DNA of 64,000 bases from an uncultured Porphyrobacter sp. (lineage in GTDB: Bacteria; Pseudomonadota; Alphaproteobacteria; Sphingomonadales; Sphingomonadaceae), in the NCBI GenBank assembly GCA_964594845.1, contig CAZQOO010000002.1:2819-66818 (forward strand), in the 5' to 3' direction. Each line of letters opens with the position of its first letter. Positions within the stretch are counted from its first letter, which is position 1. This document shows, one piece after another, positions 44,693 through 55,429 of the stretch. The notes beneath the pieces were generated by a model, which was not told where the DNA came from, did no database searches, and was given only the letters and a program-made list of their open reading frames with translations. Made by a program: the position numbers and the translations under genes.

Positions 44693-45469
44693 TCATGCAA
44701 TCGCGGCCTCGACCGATCCGATACCGGCGAAATCGGCGCGGATTGTGCTGCCCGACGATACCGGGTGCACGCCGGTGATCGCACCGCTGGAAATCCACCA
44801 GCCACCCTTGAGTCCGATGCCCCGGCTGACAAGGTTGGCGATCAGGAACCGCGCTGCTCCGAAGGGTCCGTCGAGCATCGTCGCGGTCGTCGCGCGCCCG
44901 ACTTCGGCCCCGTCGATCGCCAGTGTCACCTCAACGGTATCGAGTTGTCCCCACTGCGCCCGCGGGACCACCTTGCCAAGCAGCAGGCCGGTGTTGTTGC
45001 CATGGTCCGCAATCGTCACGCAGGGCCCGTCGGCATTGATCCGCGCATAGGGCGACGAGGCGATCTCGATGCCGATGCGGACCTCGTCGATCCAGTCCAT
45101 TGCGGCTTCGGGGTTGGTCGGCTGCGGCCCGTTGCGCGGCGCGAGACGCAGCATGAATTCCGCCTCTGCCGCTGCAAATCCGCCCTCGAACACGCGGAAG
45201 GCGCAGCGATCATCGGTGGCCGTCACAATCGCGTCGCGGAATGCCGGGCCGACCAGACGGTCTGCGCCAAGCAGGGCATCGTTGGGCGGGGCGATGCGGC
45301 CGACCTTCCAGCCGCCGATCTCCCGCTCCCACATCGACAATGCGCAGTCCTGGATCGCATAGGCGCTCGCCAGATCGAGGGGGGGACGGCCGGGAAACCG
45401 GCTGATGGCAGTGCCATTGCGACGCGCGGCGACAAACGCGCTAGCGATGTCCCGAGCTTCGGAATGCAC
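44693..45469 (-). CDS. 2-keto-4-pentenoate hydratase-like (FAH superfamily) protein
   Basis: AYAIQD, GWKVG, EAEF, GIEIASS, DHGNN, SGAITGVH. Confidence 0.85.
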   Translation of the reverse strand: MHSEARDIASAFVAARRNGTAISRFPGRPPLDLASAYAIQDCALSMWEREIGGWKVGRIAPPNDALLGADRLVGPAFRDAIVTATDDRCAFRVFEGGFAAAEAEFMLRLAPRNGPQPTNPEAAMDWIDEVRIGIEIASSPYARINADGPCVTIADHGNNTGLLLGKVVPRAQWGQLDTVEVTLAIDGAEVGRATTATMLDGPFGAARFLIANLVSRGIGLKGGWWISSGAITGVHPVSSGSTIRADFAGIGSVEAAIA

Positions 45470-45518
45470 TGTGATCCTCTCGTCCTCTTGCCCCACAGAC
45501 CGGAGCCTTGGCGAAAAA

Positions 45519-45532
45519 GGAAACCGGTGTCA
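45519..45532. promoter_or_regulatory. LacI-family operator
   Basis: GGAAACCGGTGTCA, one of four copies. Confidence 0.8.
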
Positions 45533-45641
45533 AAAGCTTTCTGCGCACTAGCGCGGTGGACCCGGCGCGGCAATTTTTGCATTCGCCGATTTGCTCTCTA
45601 GAAGGGCGCTACAGCAGAAAAAGGCGTTCAGAGCACCGACG

Positions 45642-46673
45642 ATGTCCAAGCAAGGCAAGACGCCAACGATCAATGACGTGGCCCGGCTTGCGGGCGTGTC
45701 GAAGAAGACTGTCAGCCGGGTGATCAACCGCTCCGCGCTGCTCAGCCAGGATACCCGGACCAAGGTCGAGGCGGTGATCGCCGAGCTGGGTTATGTCCCC
45801 AATCCGCAGGCAAGGGCGCTCGCGCTGCGGCGCAATTTCCTGCTCGGGTTGCTGCACGACAACCCCAACGCCCAGACTGTCTTGAAGGTGCAGGAGGGCG
45901 TGCTCGACGCGATCCGCGACACCGAATTCGCGCTGGTCGTGCGGCCGGTCGATCGCCATTCGCCCGCGATGCTCGACGACATCCGCCGTTTTCTCGAACA
46001 GCAGCGGCTCTACGGGGTGCTGATCCTGCCGCCGATCTCGGAGAATGATGCGCTCGCTGAGTTGTGCCTCGAAATGGGCTGCGGCTATGTGCGCATGGGC
46101 TCGGCGATGCTGGATGACGCGGATCACATGGTCGCTTCGAACGACCGCGAGATGGTGGAGGCGGCGGTGGAGCATCTGATCGCGCTCGGACACCAACGGA
46201 TCGCGCTGATCGAGGGGCCGGAGGGGTTCCGTTCGGCCCACGAACGGCGCGAGGGCTTTCTGGCCGCGATGGCCGCCCACGGGCTCGCGGTTCCGGCCGA
46301 TGCGCGCGCGCAGGGCACCTATCGCTTCGATTCCGGCATCGATGCTGCCGCCCGCCTCCTCGATGCGCCTCAACGGCCGACCGCGATTTTCGCCAGCAAT
46401 GACGAAATGGCCTCGGGCGCCTTCCACGCCGCCCGCCAGCGAGCCTTGCGCGTGCCGGACGACCTGTCGATCATCGGCTTCGACGATTCGCCGATTGCGG
46501 CCCATATCTGGCCACCGATGACCACGGTTGGCTGGCCGGTGCGCGAGATGGGGCGGGCGGCCGCATTGAAGCTGATCGCCCCTGACGACCCAGCCGCCGA
46601 TCAGTCCCGCTTTCCCGCCAAGCTGGTCAAGCGACAGTCGGTCGCTCCGCCCCCCGAAGCTCGGGACGCATGA
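45642..46673 (+). CDS. LacI-family transcriptional regulator
   Basis: TINDVARLAGVSKKTVSRVIN, PTAIFASNDEMA, VPDDLSIIGFDD. Confidence 0.96.
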   Translation: MSKQGKTPTINDVARLAGVSKKTVSRVINRSALLSQDTRTKVEAVIAELGYVPNPQARALALRRNFLLGLLHDNPNAQTVLKVQEGVLDAIRDTEFALVVRPVDRHSPAMLDDIRRFLEQQRLYGVLILPPISENDALAELCLEMGCGYVRMGSAMLDDADHMVASNDREMVEAAVEHLIALGHQRIALIEGPEGFRSAHERREGFLAAMAAHGLAVPADARAQGTYRFDSGIDAAARLLDAPQRPTAIFASNDEMASGAFHAARQRALRVPDDLSIIGFDDSPIAAHIWPPMTTVGWPVREMGRAAALKLIAPDDPAADQSRFPAKLVKRQSVAPPPEARDA

Positions 46674-46720
46674 AATGCGAGGGTTGAAACCCTGCCCGCT
46701 TTGTGGCTACACAGGCGTCA

Positions 46721-46734
46721 TGACACCGGTTTCC
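46721..46734. promoter_or_regulatory. LacI-family operator
   Basis: TGACACCGGTTTCC just upstream of the isomerase gene. Confidence 0.8.
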
Positions 46735-46751
46735 CAATGCAGGACGCTCCC

Positions 46752-47384
46752 ATGAAGATCGCGCTCATTACCGAGAACAGCCAGGCCGCCAAGAACTCCG
46801 TCATCCACGACGCGCTGACCGCCGTGGCCGAGCCGCTGGGGCATCAGGTGTTCAATTACGGCATGTATTCGCCCGAGGACGCTGCCTCGCTCACCTATGT
46901 CATGAACGGACTGCTGACGGGCATCCTGCTGAACAGCAAGGCGGCCGATTTCGTGGTCACCGGCTGCGGCACGGGGATGGGCTCGATGCTCGCCTGCAAC
47001 GCCATGCCGGGGGTGTTCTGCGGCCTCGTGATCGACCCGACCGACGCCTTCCTGTTCAGCCAGATCAACGCCGGAAACGCCGTCTCCATGCCCTATGCCA
47101 AGGGTTTCGGCTGGGCGGCGGAACTGAACCTGCAAGATTGCTACCGCAAGCTGTTCGAAGGCGAACCGGGCGCAGGCTATCCCAAGGAGCGCGCGGCGAT
47201 CATGGCGGTCAACCGCGGCAAGCTTGCCGATCTCAAGGCGGCGAGCTGCCATGACATGCTGACCGTGCTCCGGAACGTCGATCAGGACCTGCTGCGCGCG
47301 GCGACCGCTGGTGAGAAGTTCGCCGAGTACTTCTACCCCAACTGTCAGGACGACAGCATCGCCGCCTACCTCAAGGCGCTGTAA
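46752..47384 (+). CDS. RpiB/LacA/LacB-family isomerase, probable 4-deoxy-5-keto-uronate isomerase (DhuI-type)
   Basis: MKIALITENSQAAKN, TGCGTGMG, PYAKGFGWAAELNL; upstream of kduD. Confidence 0.85.
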   Translation: MKIALITENSQAAKNSVIHDALTAVAEPLGHQVFNYGMYSPEDAASLTYVMNGLLTGILLNSKAADFVVTGCGTGMGSMLACNAMPGVFCGLVIDPTDAFLFSQINAGNAVSMPYAKGFGWAAELNLQDCYRKLFEGEPGAGYPKERAAIMAVNRGKLADLKAASCHDMLTVLRNVDQDLLRAATAGEKFAEYFYPNCQDDSIAAYLKAL

Positions 47385-47408
47385 GCGGCACAGGCGGGAG
47401 GGGAAGTC

Positions 47409-48164
47409 ATGGCGATATCATTCGACCTCACCGGCAAGCGCGCGCTGGTGACCGGGGCCAATACCGGGATCGGACAGGCGATTGCGGTCGCGCTGGCCGG
47501 TGGTGGGGCGGACGTGGCGCTCGCGGGACGCAGCGCAGCCGATGAAACGCTGGCACTGATCGCGGCGACCGGGCGCAAGGCGGTGGACCTGCGTGCCGAC
47601 CTGTCCTCGACCGCGCCGGTCAGAGCACTGGTCGATGATGCCGTGGCAGCGCTCGGCGGGCTCGACATCCTCGTCAACAATGCCGGGATCATCCGCCGCA
47701 ACGACCTCGCCGACTTCACCGAAGAGGACTGGGACGCGGTGGTCGACACCAACCTCAAGACGCTGTTCTTCCTCAGCCAAGCCGCCGCAAGGGTGATGGC
47801 GGCGCAAGGTTCGGGCAAGATCATCAACATCGCCTCGCTGCTGAGCTTTCAGGGCGGTATCCGCGTGCCGAGTTATGCCGCAGCAAAGTCCGGCGTGGCG
47901 GGGCTGACCAGAGCTATGGCCAACGAGCTCGCGCCCAAGGGCGTGCAGGTCAACGCCATCGCGCCGGGCTACATCGCCACCAACAACACCGCCGCATTGC
48001 AGGCCGACGAGACCCGCAACCGCCAGATCATGGAGCGCATTCCGGCCGGGCGCTGGGGCAACCCCGAGGACATCGCCGGGGCGGCTGTGTTCCTTGCTTC
48101 GCCTGCATCGGACTATGTCACGGGGCATATCCTCGCGGTCGATGGCGGCTGGCTGGCGCGGTAA
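47409..48164 (+). CDS. kduD: 2-dehydro-3-deoxy-D-gluconate 5-dehydrogenase
   Basis: TGANTGIGQ, NNAGIIRR, SFQGGIRVPSY, ATNNTAALQAD, VDGGWLAR. Confidence 0.93.
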   Translation: MAISFDLTGKRALVTGANTGIGQAIAVALAGGGADVALAGRSAADETLALIAATGRKAVDLRADLSSTAPVRALVDDAVAALGGLDILVNNAGIIRRNDLADFTEEDWDAVVDTNLKTLFFLSQAAARVMAAQGSGKIINIASLLSFQGGIRVPSYAAAKSGVAGLTRAMANELAPKGVQVNAIAPGYIATNNTAALQADETRNRQIMERIPAGRWGNPEDIAGAAVFLASPASDYVTGHILAVDGGWLAR

Positions 48165-48173
48165 CTTCGCCCC

Positions 48174-49178
48174 ATGCACGTCACCTGCTTCGGCGAGATC
48201 CTGCTGCGCCTCTCGCCGCCTGACCGGCAGATGATGGTTCAGGCCCGCAATCTCCAGCTTGAGGTGGGCGGGGCGGAAGCCAATGTCGCCTCGGCCCTCG
48301 CATCGCTGGGACATGATGTGCGCTTCGCTGGCGTGGTGGCGGACAATCCGCTCGGCGATCGCGCGCGCGCCGCGTTGCGCAGCTGCGGGATCGACGTGGG
48401 CCACGTCGCCCGCGCGCCCGGGCGGATGGGCCTCTATTTCCTTGAAGCCGGATCGGGCCCGCGCCCCTCGGCGATCACCTATGACCGTGCGGGCAGCGCC
48501 TTTGCCGAAGCCGCGCCGGAGAGCATCGATTTCGCGGGCGCGCTGGCAGGGGCGCGGCTCATGCATTGCGGGGGGATCACCCCGGCACTCGGCCCCGGCG
48601 GCGTGGCGCTGGCACGGGCGGCGCAGGATGCGGCCAAGGCGGCAGGCGTGCCGATCTGCTTCGACGGCAATTACCGTGCGCAATTGTGGGCCGCATGGGA
48701 CAATGACCCCGCGACGATCCTGCGCGAACTGGTCAATGACGCGACGATCCTGATCGGCAATCACCGCGATATCGCGTTGCTGCTCGGGCGGCCGTTCTCG
48801 GGCGAGGGCGAGGCGCGGCGGCGCGAGGCGGCAGAGGCGGCCTTTGCGGCCTTCCCCAACCTCGAACTGATCGCCTCGACCGCGCGCCATCTGGTTACAA
48901 GCGATCATCACCGGATCAGTGCAAGGGTGGATAGTCGCGCGGGCAGCCATCAGACCGAGGAAATCGACGTCACCGGCATCGTCGACCGGATCGGCACCGG
49001 CGATGCCTTTGCGGCAGGGGTGCTCGACGGCTGGCTGGCGGGGGGCGATCTGGCGGTGATGGCGCAGCGCGGCCTGGCGCTGGCGGCACTCAAGCACAGC
49101 ATCCCCGGCGACATGTGCCCGGTCAGCCGCGCGATGCTCGACAGCTTCAGCGCCGGTGCCGGCGATGTCCGCCGCTGA
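48174..49178 (+). CDS. kdgK: 2-keto-3-deoxygluconate kinase (PfkB family)
   Basis: FGEILLRLSP, GGAEANVA, DRIGTGDAFAAG; context. Confidence 0.85.
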   Translation: MHVTCFGEILLRLSPPDRQMMVQARNLQLEVGGAEANVASALASLGHDVRFAGVVADNPLGDRARAALRSCGIDVGHVARAPGRMGLYFLEAGSGPRPSAITYDRAGSAFAEAAPESIDFAGALAGARLMHCGGITPALGPGGVALARAAQDAAKAAGVPICFDGNYRAQLWAAWDNDPATILRELVNDATILIGNHRDIALLLGRPFSGEGEARRREAAEAAFAAFPNLELIASTARHLVTSDHHRISARVDSRAGSHQTEEIDVTGIVDRIGTGDAFAAGVLDGWLAGGDLAVMAQRGLALAALKHSIPGDMCPVSRAMLDSFSAGAGDVRR

Positions 49179-50685
49179 GGGCCTGAACCGCCGCGCGGTG
49201 CTTGCGGGCGGAGCCGCCATGGCAGCGCTGGGCGCAGTCCCCGCGCGCGCGATCACGGTCGGCCTGCCTGAGGTTCGGGCACCCTCGGGCCATTACATCG
49301 GCACCGTCATCCACGATCCGGCTCACCCGCCGACGGTCCGCGCGCTTCGCTATGCCGGGATCCGCTACGCCCGTGCCGAGCGGTTCTGCGCACCCGTGCC
49401 GGTCGTGTCGAACAAGCCAATGGCCGAGCAGGAAACCGCTTTCGGCCCCGCCTGCCCGCAACCGGGCAAGGCCTACCAGCCGCAATCCGAGGACTGCCTG
49501 TTCCTCAACCTGTGGGTACCGGCAAATGTCCAGGCGGCCCGCCTGCCTGTGATGGTCTATTTCCACGGCGGAGCCTATTCCGCCGGGAGCGTCACGGATC
49601 CCCTCAACGATGGCGCGGCGCTGGCGGCGCGCGGCGATGTGGTGGTGGTGACGGTCAACCACCGGCTGAACGCGCTGGGGTATCTCTACATGCCCGATGT
49701 CTTCCCTGACAGCGGCAACGCCGGGCAGCTCGATCTGATCGCGGCGCTGGAATGGGTGAAGCGGAACATAGCGGCCTTCGGGGGCGATCCGGACAATGTC
49801 ACCCTGTTCGGGCAGTCCGGCGGGGGCGCGAAGATCGCGACGCTGATGGCGATGCCCGCAGCGCGCGGCCTGTTCCACAAGGCGATCACCATGAGCGGCC
49901 AGCAGGTCACCGCCTCGGGGTCGATCAATGCCCGGCGGCGGGCCGAGGCCTTCCTTGCGCGGCTCGACAGCGATCCCGCGGGCGCCCCGGTCGAGGCCCT
50001 CGTGGCCGCGCTCGATGCCACCGATCCGGTGCTGGGCGGGCGGGTCTATTTCGGGCCGGTGGTGGATATGCGGCACCTCCACCGCCATCCCTTCTGGCCC
50101 GACGCGCCGGAGCAATCGGCCCATATCCCGATGCTGCTCGGCAACACCGTCGCCGAGACGCGTGCCTTCTATCCGCCTGAGGGCCGCGTGCTGAAGGGTC
50201 TGACCTTCGACAATCTGGCTGAGCGGATCGCGCCCGAAATGCGGGTCGATCTGGAGCCTGCTTGGGTGGTGGAGCAGTTCCGCGCCCGCTATCCCGATGC
50301 CGCCCCCGAGACCCTGTTCCACCGCATCGTCACGCCTGCGCGCAGCTGGCGCGGACAGGTGGAGGAGGCCGAGGCGCGGGCACGGCAGGGCAAGGGCAAC
50401 ACCTTCGTCTACCAGCTCGATTTCGAGGACGCGCAGCACACCGACGACATCGGCTTCGCCTTTGGCACTGTCCCGAACTCGACGCCCGCACAGGCAGCGA
50501 TGAGCGCCACGATGATGGACGCCTTCGTGAGGTTCGCCCGCACCGGCGATCCCGGCTGGCCGGCCTATGATCGCGAAACCCGCCGGACGATGATCTTCGA
50601 CCGCGACAGCCGCGTGGTCAGCGATCCGCGCCGCTGGGAGCGCGAGCTTTTCGCCCGCGTGCCCTATGTCCAGCCGGGCACCTAG
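49165..50685 (+). CDS. Type-B carboxylesterase, Tat-exported
   Basis: NRRAVL signal, SEDCLFLN, HGG, FGQSGG. Confidence 0.9.
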   Translation: MSAAEGLNRRAVLAGGAAMAALGAVPARAITVGLPEVRAPSGHYIGTVIHDPAHPPTVRALRYAGIRYARAERFCAPVPVVSNKPMAEQETAFGPACPQPGKAYQPQSEDCLFLNLWVPANVQAARLPVMVYFHGGAYSAGSVTDPLNDGAALAARGDVVVVTVNHRLNALGYLYMPDVFPDSGNAGQLDLIAALEWVKRNIAAFGGDPDNVTLFGQSGGGAKIATLMAMPAARGLFHKAITMSGQQVTASGSINARRRAEAFLARLDSDPAGAPVEALVAALDATDPVLGGRVYFGPVVDMRHLHRHPFWPDAPEQSAHIPMLLGNTVAETRAFYPPEGRVLKGLTFDNLAERIAPEMRVDLEPAWVVEQFRARYPDAAPETLFHRIVTPARSWRGQVEEAEARARQGKGNTFVYQLDFEDAQHTDDIGFAFGTVPNSTPAQAAMSATMMDAFVRFARTGDPGWPAYDRETRRTMIFDRDSRVVSDPRRWERELFARVPYVQPGT

Positions 50686-51101
50686 TTGGGATAGCTGACG
50701 ATCAGATCGAGCGGTTCGGTGCCCAGCTGACGGATCCCGACCACCGTGCCGCGATAGAGATAGGCCGCCATGCCGGGTTCAAGGATCGCCGTGTCCCCGT
50801 CCGAGACGACCTCGCCCCTGCCCGCGAGAACGTAATAGACCTCGTCATGATCGATGGGGTGTTCGTCGATCGCCGCGCCCGGGTGAAGCACGCGGCGGCG
50901 GAATTCCATGGCACGCGGTGCAGGAACGGCATCGGAGATGCGATAGGCGGTGCTCGTGCCGATGGATCCGTGTGGCGGAGGTTCCTCGCGGCGGACGTCC
51001 GCCTCGCGGACCACCACCATCGGGCGGGGCGGCGCCGGCGAGGCCGGCGCTGCGTCGGCATCGCCCGCCAGCAGCAGCGCAGCCAGCGCCGCCAGGATCA
51101 C
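50682..51101 (-). CDS. Secreted cupin-domain protein
   Basis: Hydrophobic N-terminus; H....DEVYYVLAG.G; overlaps the lyase stop codon. Confidence 0.8.
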   Translation of the reverse strand: MILAALAALLLAGDADAAPASPAPPRPMVVVREADVRREEPPPHGSIGTSTAYRISDAVPAPRAMEFRRRVLHPGAAIDEHPIDHDEVYYVLAGRGEVVSDGDTAILEPGMAAYLYRGTVVGIRQLGTEPLDLIVSYPN

Positions 51102-52438
51102 TTCGCTTGCGTCCGCATCTGCCGGTCGCGCGGGGAGAGGTGCTCCTGCGCCCCGGGCTTCTGGCCCGGCCAGACGCCCGATTTCGGCGTCATGGTGGCC
51201 ATATCCCACTCGGCCTCGACGAATGGTGCCGCAGTCGGCGCGATCTCCGGATAGCCGCCGACCTCGCTCTCGTCGTCGATCACCTCGCCCCGCCCTTCGG
51301 CGATGAAGAACAGCACCCGCAGTTCCTCGCTCCCCCGGTCCCAGGGCCGCGCGCCAGCGGTGGCGAGCAGGGTGGTCTCGACGTCTTCGGCAGGCAGGAT
51401 CGTGTACCCGTCAAGGCTGGCGAGCGGCTTCTCTGCTGCGATCAGCCTGGCCTGCGTCTTGCCGTAACGCCCGAACATCGGGAGCGGGTTGTCGAGCCGG
51501 TCGACCGCGATGTTGTCGCGCCCGTAATAGGCCAGGTCACCCACCCCGCCGAGCATCAGGAACGGCAGGCCGGGATCGGTATCATTGCCCCCGCGCATGA
51601 CATTGCCGACCGCGGTGATCTCGCCGGTGACGTGCGGCTGGCCGGCCCATTCGAGATCCATCAGATTGTAATGCACCGCTCGGCGCATCGGATTGTAGAT
51701 CAGATTGTTGACCATCAATACCTGCGCGCCGCCCTTCACCAGCGGACTGCGTTCGACATTGTGGGCCCAGATGTTGCGATCGAAGACGATGCCGGTGGCA
51801 TTGTCATGGACCAGCGAGCCTTTGGAGTGCTCGCCCTTGGGGTGGCTCGAATCCGCCAGGCCTTCTGCCGCGAGGTTGAGGCGGAAGACGATGTCGTGGC
51901 TGGTGCCGGCGCGCCATTCCTCCACCGTCTCGCCGGTGAACCGCGGGCCGGAGGCGGACATGTTCTCGTCGATGCCCCACAGAAAGGTGCAGTTCTCGAT
52001 CACCACCCGCGCGGCGCGCACGGTGGAGAGCGCGTCGGCCTCCCACCCGCTGCGCTTGGGCTGGCCGTCCGCACCGGTCAGCACGCGGAGGTGCTGGAGC
52101 TTCACGTCATGGGTCTTGATGTCGATCCCGCCCTTGATGATCGTGATGCCGGGGGCGGGCGCGGTTTGCCCCGCGATGGTGACGAAGGGATTGTTGATGT
52201 CGATGCTGGTGCGACCGAGATCGATCACCCCGCCGACCTCGAAAACGATGATGCGCGGCCCCTTGGCTCTGATCGCGGCGCGCAGCGACCCCGGCCCGTC
52301 GGCAGCGAGGGTGGTGACCCTGATGATCCGTCCGCCCGCACCGCCCTGCGTCGGGTCCTGCGGATGGGCCGCGGCCTGTTGCGGCAAGAACACAGCAATA
52401 AGCGCCAGCGCCGCAAAAAGAGCGAAAAACCCACGCAT
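51098..52438 (-). CDS. Pectate lyase (PL1-type beta-helix)
   Basis: Signal peptide; GGAGGRIIRVTTL..DGPGSLR, TIAGQTAP, WGIDE, HSKG. Confidence 0.9.
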   Translation of the reverse strand: MRGFFALFAALALIAVFLPQQAAAHPQDPTQGGAGGRIIRVTTLAADGPGSLRAAIRAKGPRIIVFEVGGVIDLGRTSIDINNPFVTIAGQTAPAPGITIIKGGIDIKTHDVKLQHLRVLTGADGQPKRSGWEADALSTVRAARVVIENCTFLWGIDENMSASGPRFTGETVEEWRAGTSHDIVFRLNLAAEGLADSSHPKGEHSKGSLVHDNATGIVFDRNIWAHNVERSPLVKGGAQVLMVNNLIYNPMRRAVHYNLMDLEWAGQPHVTGEITAVGNVMRGGNDTDPGLPFLMLGGVGDLAYYGRDNIAVDRLDNPLPMFGRYGKTQARLIAAEKPLASLDGYTILPAEDVETTLLATAGARPWDRGSEELRVLFFIAEGRGEVIDDESEVGGYPEIAPTAAPFVEAEWDMATMTPKSGVWPGQKPGAQEHLSPRDRQMRTQAK

Positions 52439-52503
52439 TTCCGTCACTCTCCCAAGTTCGCCCACGCTGCTTGACAGAAACGGCAGGGCATGGCAATCCA
52501 TAA

Positions 52504-52517
52504 TGACACCGGTTACC
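52504..52517. promoter_or_regulatory. LacI-family operator
   Basis: TGACACCGGTTACC in the lyase/TBDR divergent region. Confidence 0.8.
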
Positions 52518-52570
52518 AAAATCGGGGCGGGAGAGATCAGGGGATGTGTCGGTCGCTTGTCGGCCTGGAC

Positions 52571-52584
52571 GGAAACCGGTGTCA
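52571..52584. promoter_or_regulatory. LacI-family operator
   Basis: GGAAACCGGTGTCA upstream of the TBDR gene. Confidence 0.8.
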
Positions 52585-52615
52585 CTCTCTCGGGAAAACA
52601 GAGGGAGTAGGCTGC

Positions 52616-55360
52616 GTGTCAAAATTTTCCGGGATGTTCCGTTTCAAGGTTGCCCTTCTGGTGGGCAGCGCCGTGTTCCTGCCGACGTCCGCGCTGGCCC
52701 AGGCGGCCGATGCCCCCGCGAGCGAGGGTGACGCTGCCAAGGACATCGTCGTCACCGGCTTCCGCAGCAGCCTCAATGCCGCGCTGGGGGAAAAGCGCAA
52801 TGCGGTGAATTCGGTCGATGTCATTCTTGCCGAGGACATCGCAGACTTCCCTGACCTCAACCTCGCCGAATCGATCCAGCGCATCCCCGGCGTCTCGATC
52901 GACCGTGACAACGGCGAAGGCCGCACCATCACCGTGCGTGGTCTCAACCCCGATTTCACCCGCGTGCGCATCAACGGGATGGAGACGCTCTCCACCACCG
53001 GCTCGACCGACAGCTCCGGCGGCACCAATCGCGGGCGCGGCTTCGATTTCAATACCTTCGCCTCCGAGCTGTTCCGCAGCATCAAGGTGTCGAAGTCGCC
53101 CAATCCTTCCACCGAGGAAGGCTCGCTCGGCGCGGTCGTCGACCTCGCGACCTCGCGTCCGCTCGACTATGGGGGCGGCCTCACCCTCGCCGGATCGGGG
53201 CAGGCGCTCTACAATGACGCCTCCCGCCAGGTGAACCCGCGCATCGCGGCCCTGGCCAGCTATGCGAACGACTCCGAGACCTTTGGTGCGCTGGTTTCCG
53301 TCGCGTGGACGCCGCGCGACATCGTCGAAGAAGGCTTCAGCACCGTGCGCTGGGCGGGCAACCCCGTGCCCGCTGCCGGCGCCGCGCAGAACTTCACGCT
53401 GCGCAACGCCTTCCAGAACGAGGCGGCCTTCCCCGATGCCGCCACCGCCTTCTTCCCGCGCATCCCGCGCTACGGCGTGCTGACCTCGGATCAGGACCGG
53501 CTCGGCATTACCGGTTCGCTCCAGTTCGCGCCCAGCGAGCGGACCACCATCAGCCTTGACCTGCTCTATTCGAAGTTCGCCGGCACCCGGCGCGAGGAAT
53601 TCCTCGAAGTCATCTCCTTCAGCCGCAACAATGCCGCCGGCATTCGCGAAACCGACATCGTTGCACTGGAAGTCGATCGGGCCACGCGCAATCTGGTGCG
53701 CGGCACCTTCGATGATGTCGACGTGCGGATCGAGAACCGGCTCGACGATCTGCGCACCGAGTTCAAGCAGGCGACGCTGGAAATCGAGCACCAGTTCTCG
53801 GACCGCTTCAAGGTTCGCGCGCTGGGCGGCATCTCGGAATCCGACTTCGACATCAGCCAGCAGACGACGATCATCGCCGACGCGCTCAATGTCGATGGCT
53901 ATTCGATCGACTTCAGCGGCAACCGCAATGCGCCGCTGATCGATTACAACATCGACGTCACCAACCCGGCCAACTTCCTCGTCAACGAGGTGCGCGACCG
54001 GCCGCAGTCGACGCTCAACGGTTTCCGCACCCTGTCGCTCGAAGGCGACTGGGAGATGACCGACACGATCAGCCTGCAGGGTGGCGGTTCGTGGAAGCGG
54101 TTCAGCTTCGAGTCCACCGAAAGCCGCCGTGACCGCGTGCTGACCGCGACCACCGTCGTGCAGCCGTTCGTGCTGACCGCCGCGGACTCCGCGCTGGCCC
54201 GGCTCGGTTCGGGGGCGCCCGGACCCGATGGGAACGATCGCACCTGGGTGGTGCCGGACATCGAAGCGATTGCTGCGCGGGTCGGCCTGTTCACCGGCAA
54301 CTTCCCGCTGGTGCTCCAGAACGGGGCCCAGAACGAAGTGGTCGAGAACGACTATGCCGCCTTCCTCCAAGGCTCGCTCAACACCGAGCTCGGTTCCTGG
54401 GGTCTGCGCGCGGTCGCCGGGGTGCGCTATGTGCGCACCGAGGTTTCATCGACCGGCATCCTGAGCGGCAACACAGTCTCGGTGGACAACAGCTATACCG
54501 ACTGGCTGCCGTCTGTTTCCGTCGTGCTGGAGCCGACCGACAAGCTCCTGATCCGCGCCAACGTCGCCCGCCAGATGGCGCGCCCGACGCTCGCCAGCCT
54601 GACTCCGGGCGGCAATTTCAACCCCTTCGGCCAGACCCTCAGCTTCGGCAACCCGCAGCTCGATCCGTTCCGGGCGAACTCTGTCGACTTCGGCGTGGAG
54701 TGGTATTTCGCGCCTGAAAGCCTGCTGTCGGTGACGGTGTTCTACAAGGACATCGAAAGCTTCGTCACGCGGGCGACGGAATCCGTGCCGTTCAGCTCGC
54801 TGGGCCTGCCTGACAGCCTGCTTGAAGGATCGCCCTCGGGTCCGGACGACATCTTCAACGTCACCCGCAACGTGAATGGCGAGGGCGGCGATCTCAAGGG
54901 CATCGAAATCCAGTACCAGCAGCCCTTCACCTTCCTGCCCGGCGTGCTGAAGAACTTCGGCTTCCTCGGCAACCTGACCCTGCTCGATTCCGAGGTGCCT
55001 TACGGGACCGGGGCCAATCTGGTGCGTGACCAGATCACCGGCCTGTCGCGAACCGGGTTCAACACCACGCTTTATTACGAAGACAAGAAGTTCAGCGCGC
55101 GTGTGTCGGGGGCCTATCGAAGCAATTTCCTGACCCGTGTTCCGGGGCAGAACGGCAACGACATCGAAGGCACGCGCTCGACCTTCAACGTCGATGCGGC
55201 GATGAGCTATGCCGTCACCGACAAGATCCGGGTGACGCTGGAGGGCATCAACCTTACCGACGAGATCCGCCCGCAGTTCGTCGACAGTGTCGGGGATCGT
55301 CCGGTGACCTTCAACCGCACCGGTCGCACGGTGCTGATCGGGGCACGCTTCACCTTGTGA
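52616..55360 (+). CDS. TonB-dependent receptor (oligosaccharide uptake)
   Basis: TonB box DIVVTG, AEDIADFPDLNLAESIQRIPG plug, C-terminal GARFTL. Confidence 0.95.
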   Translation: MSKFSGMFRFKVALLVGSAVFLPTSALAQAADAPASEGDAAKDIVVTGFRSSLNAALGEKRNAVNSVDVILAEDIADFPDLNLAESIQRIPGVSIDRDNGEGRTITVRGLNPDFTRVRINGMETLSTTGSTDSSGGTNRGRGFDFNTFASELFRSIKVSKSPNPSTEEGSLGAVVDLATSRPLDYGGGLTLAGSGQALYNDASRQVNPRIAALASYANDSETFGALVSVAWTPRDIVEEGFSTVRWAGNPVPAAGAAQNFTLRNAFQNEAAFPDAATAFFPRIPRYGVLTSDQDRLGITGSLQFAPSERTTISLDLLYSKFAGTRREEFLEVISFSRNNAAGIRETDIVALEVDRATRNLVRGTFDDVDVRIENRLDDLRTEFKQATLEIEHQFSDRFKVRALGGISESDFDISQQTTIIADALNVDGYSIDFSGNRNAPLIDYNIDVTNPANFLVNEVRDRPQSTLNGFRTLSLEGDWEMTDTISLQGGGSWKRFSFESTESRRDRVLTATTVVQPFVLTAADSALARLGSGAPGPDGNDRTWVVPDIEAIAARVGLFTGNFPLVLQNGAQNEVVENDYAAFLQGSLNTELGSWGLRAVAGVRYVRTEVSSTGILSGNTVSVDNSYTDWLPSVSVVLEPTDKLLIRANVARQMARPTLASLTPGGNFNPFGQTLSFGNPQLDPFRANSVDFGVEWYFAPESLLSVTVFYKDIESFVTRATESVPFSSLGLPDSLLEGSPSGPDDIFNVTRNVNGEGGDLKGIEIQYQQPFTFLPGVLKNFGFLGNLTLLDSEVPYGTGANLVRDQITGLSRTGFNTTLYYEDKKFSARVSGAYRSNFLTRVPGQNGNDIEGTRSTFNVDAAMSYAVTDKIRVTLEGINLTDEIRPQFVDSVGDRPVTFNRTGRTVLIGARFTL

Positions 55361-55429
55361 TCACTCCAGCGTGGCGGGGCCGGCGTGCCTCGCCGTCCGC
55401 CCTTGCCCTGTGTCTGCCGGGATGAGCCG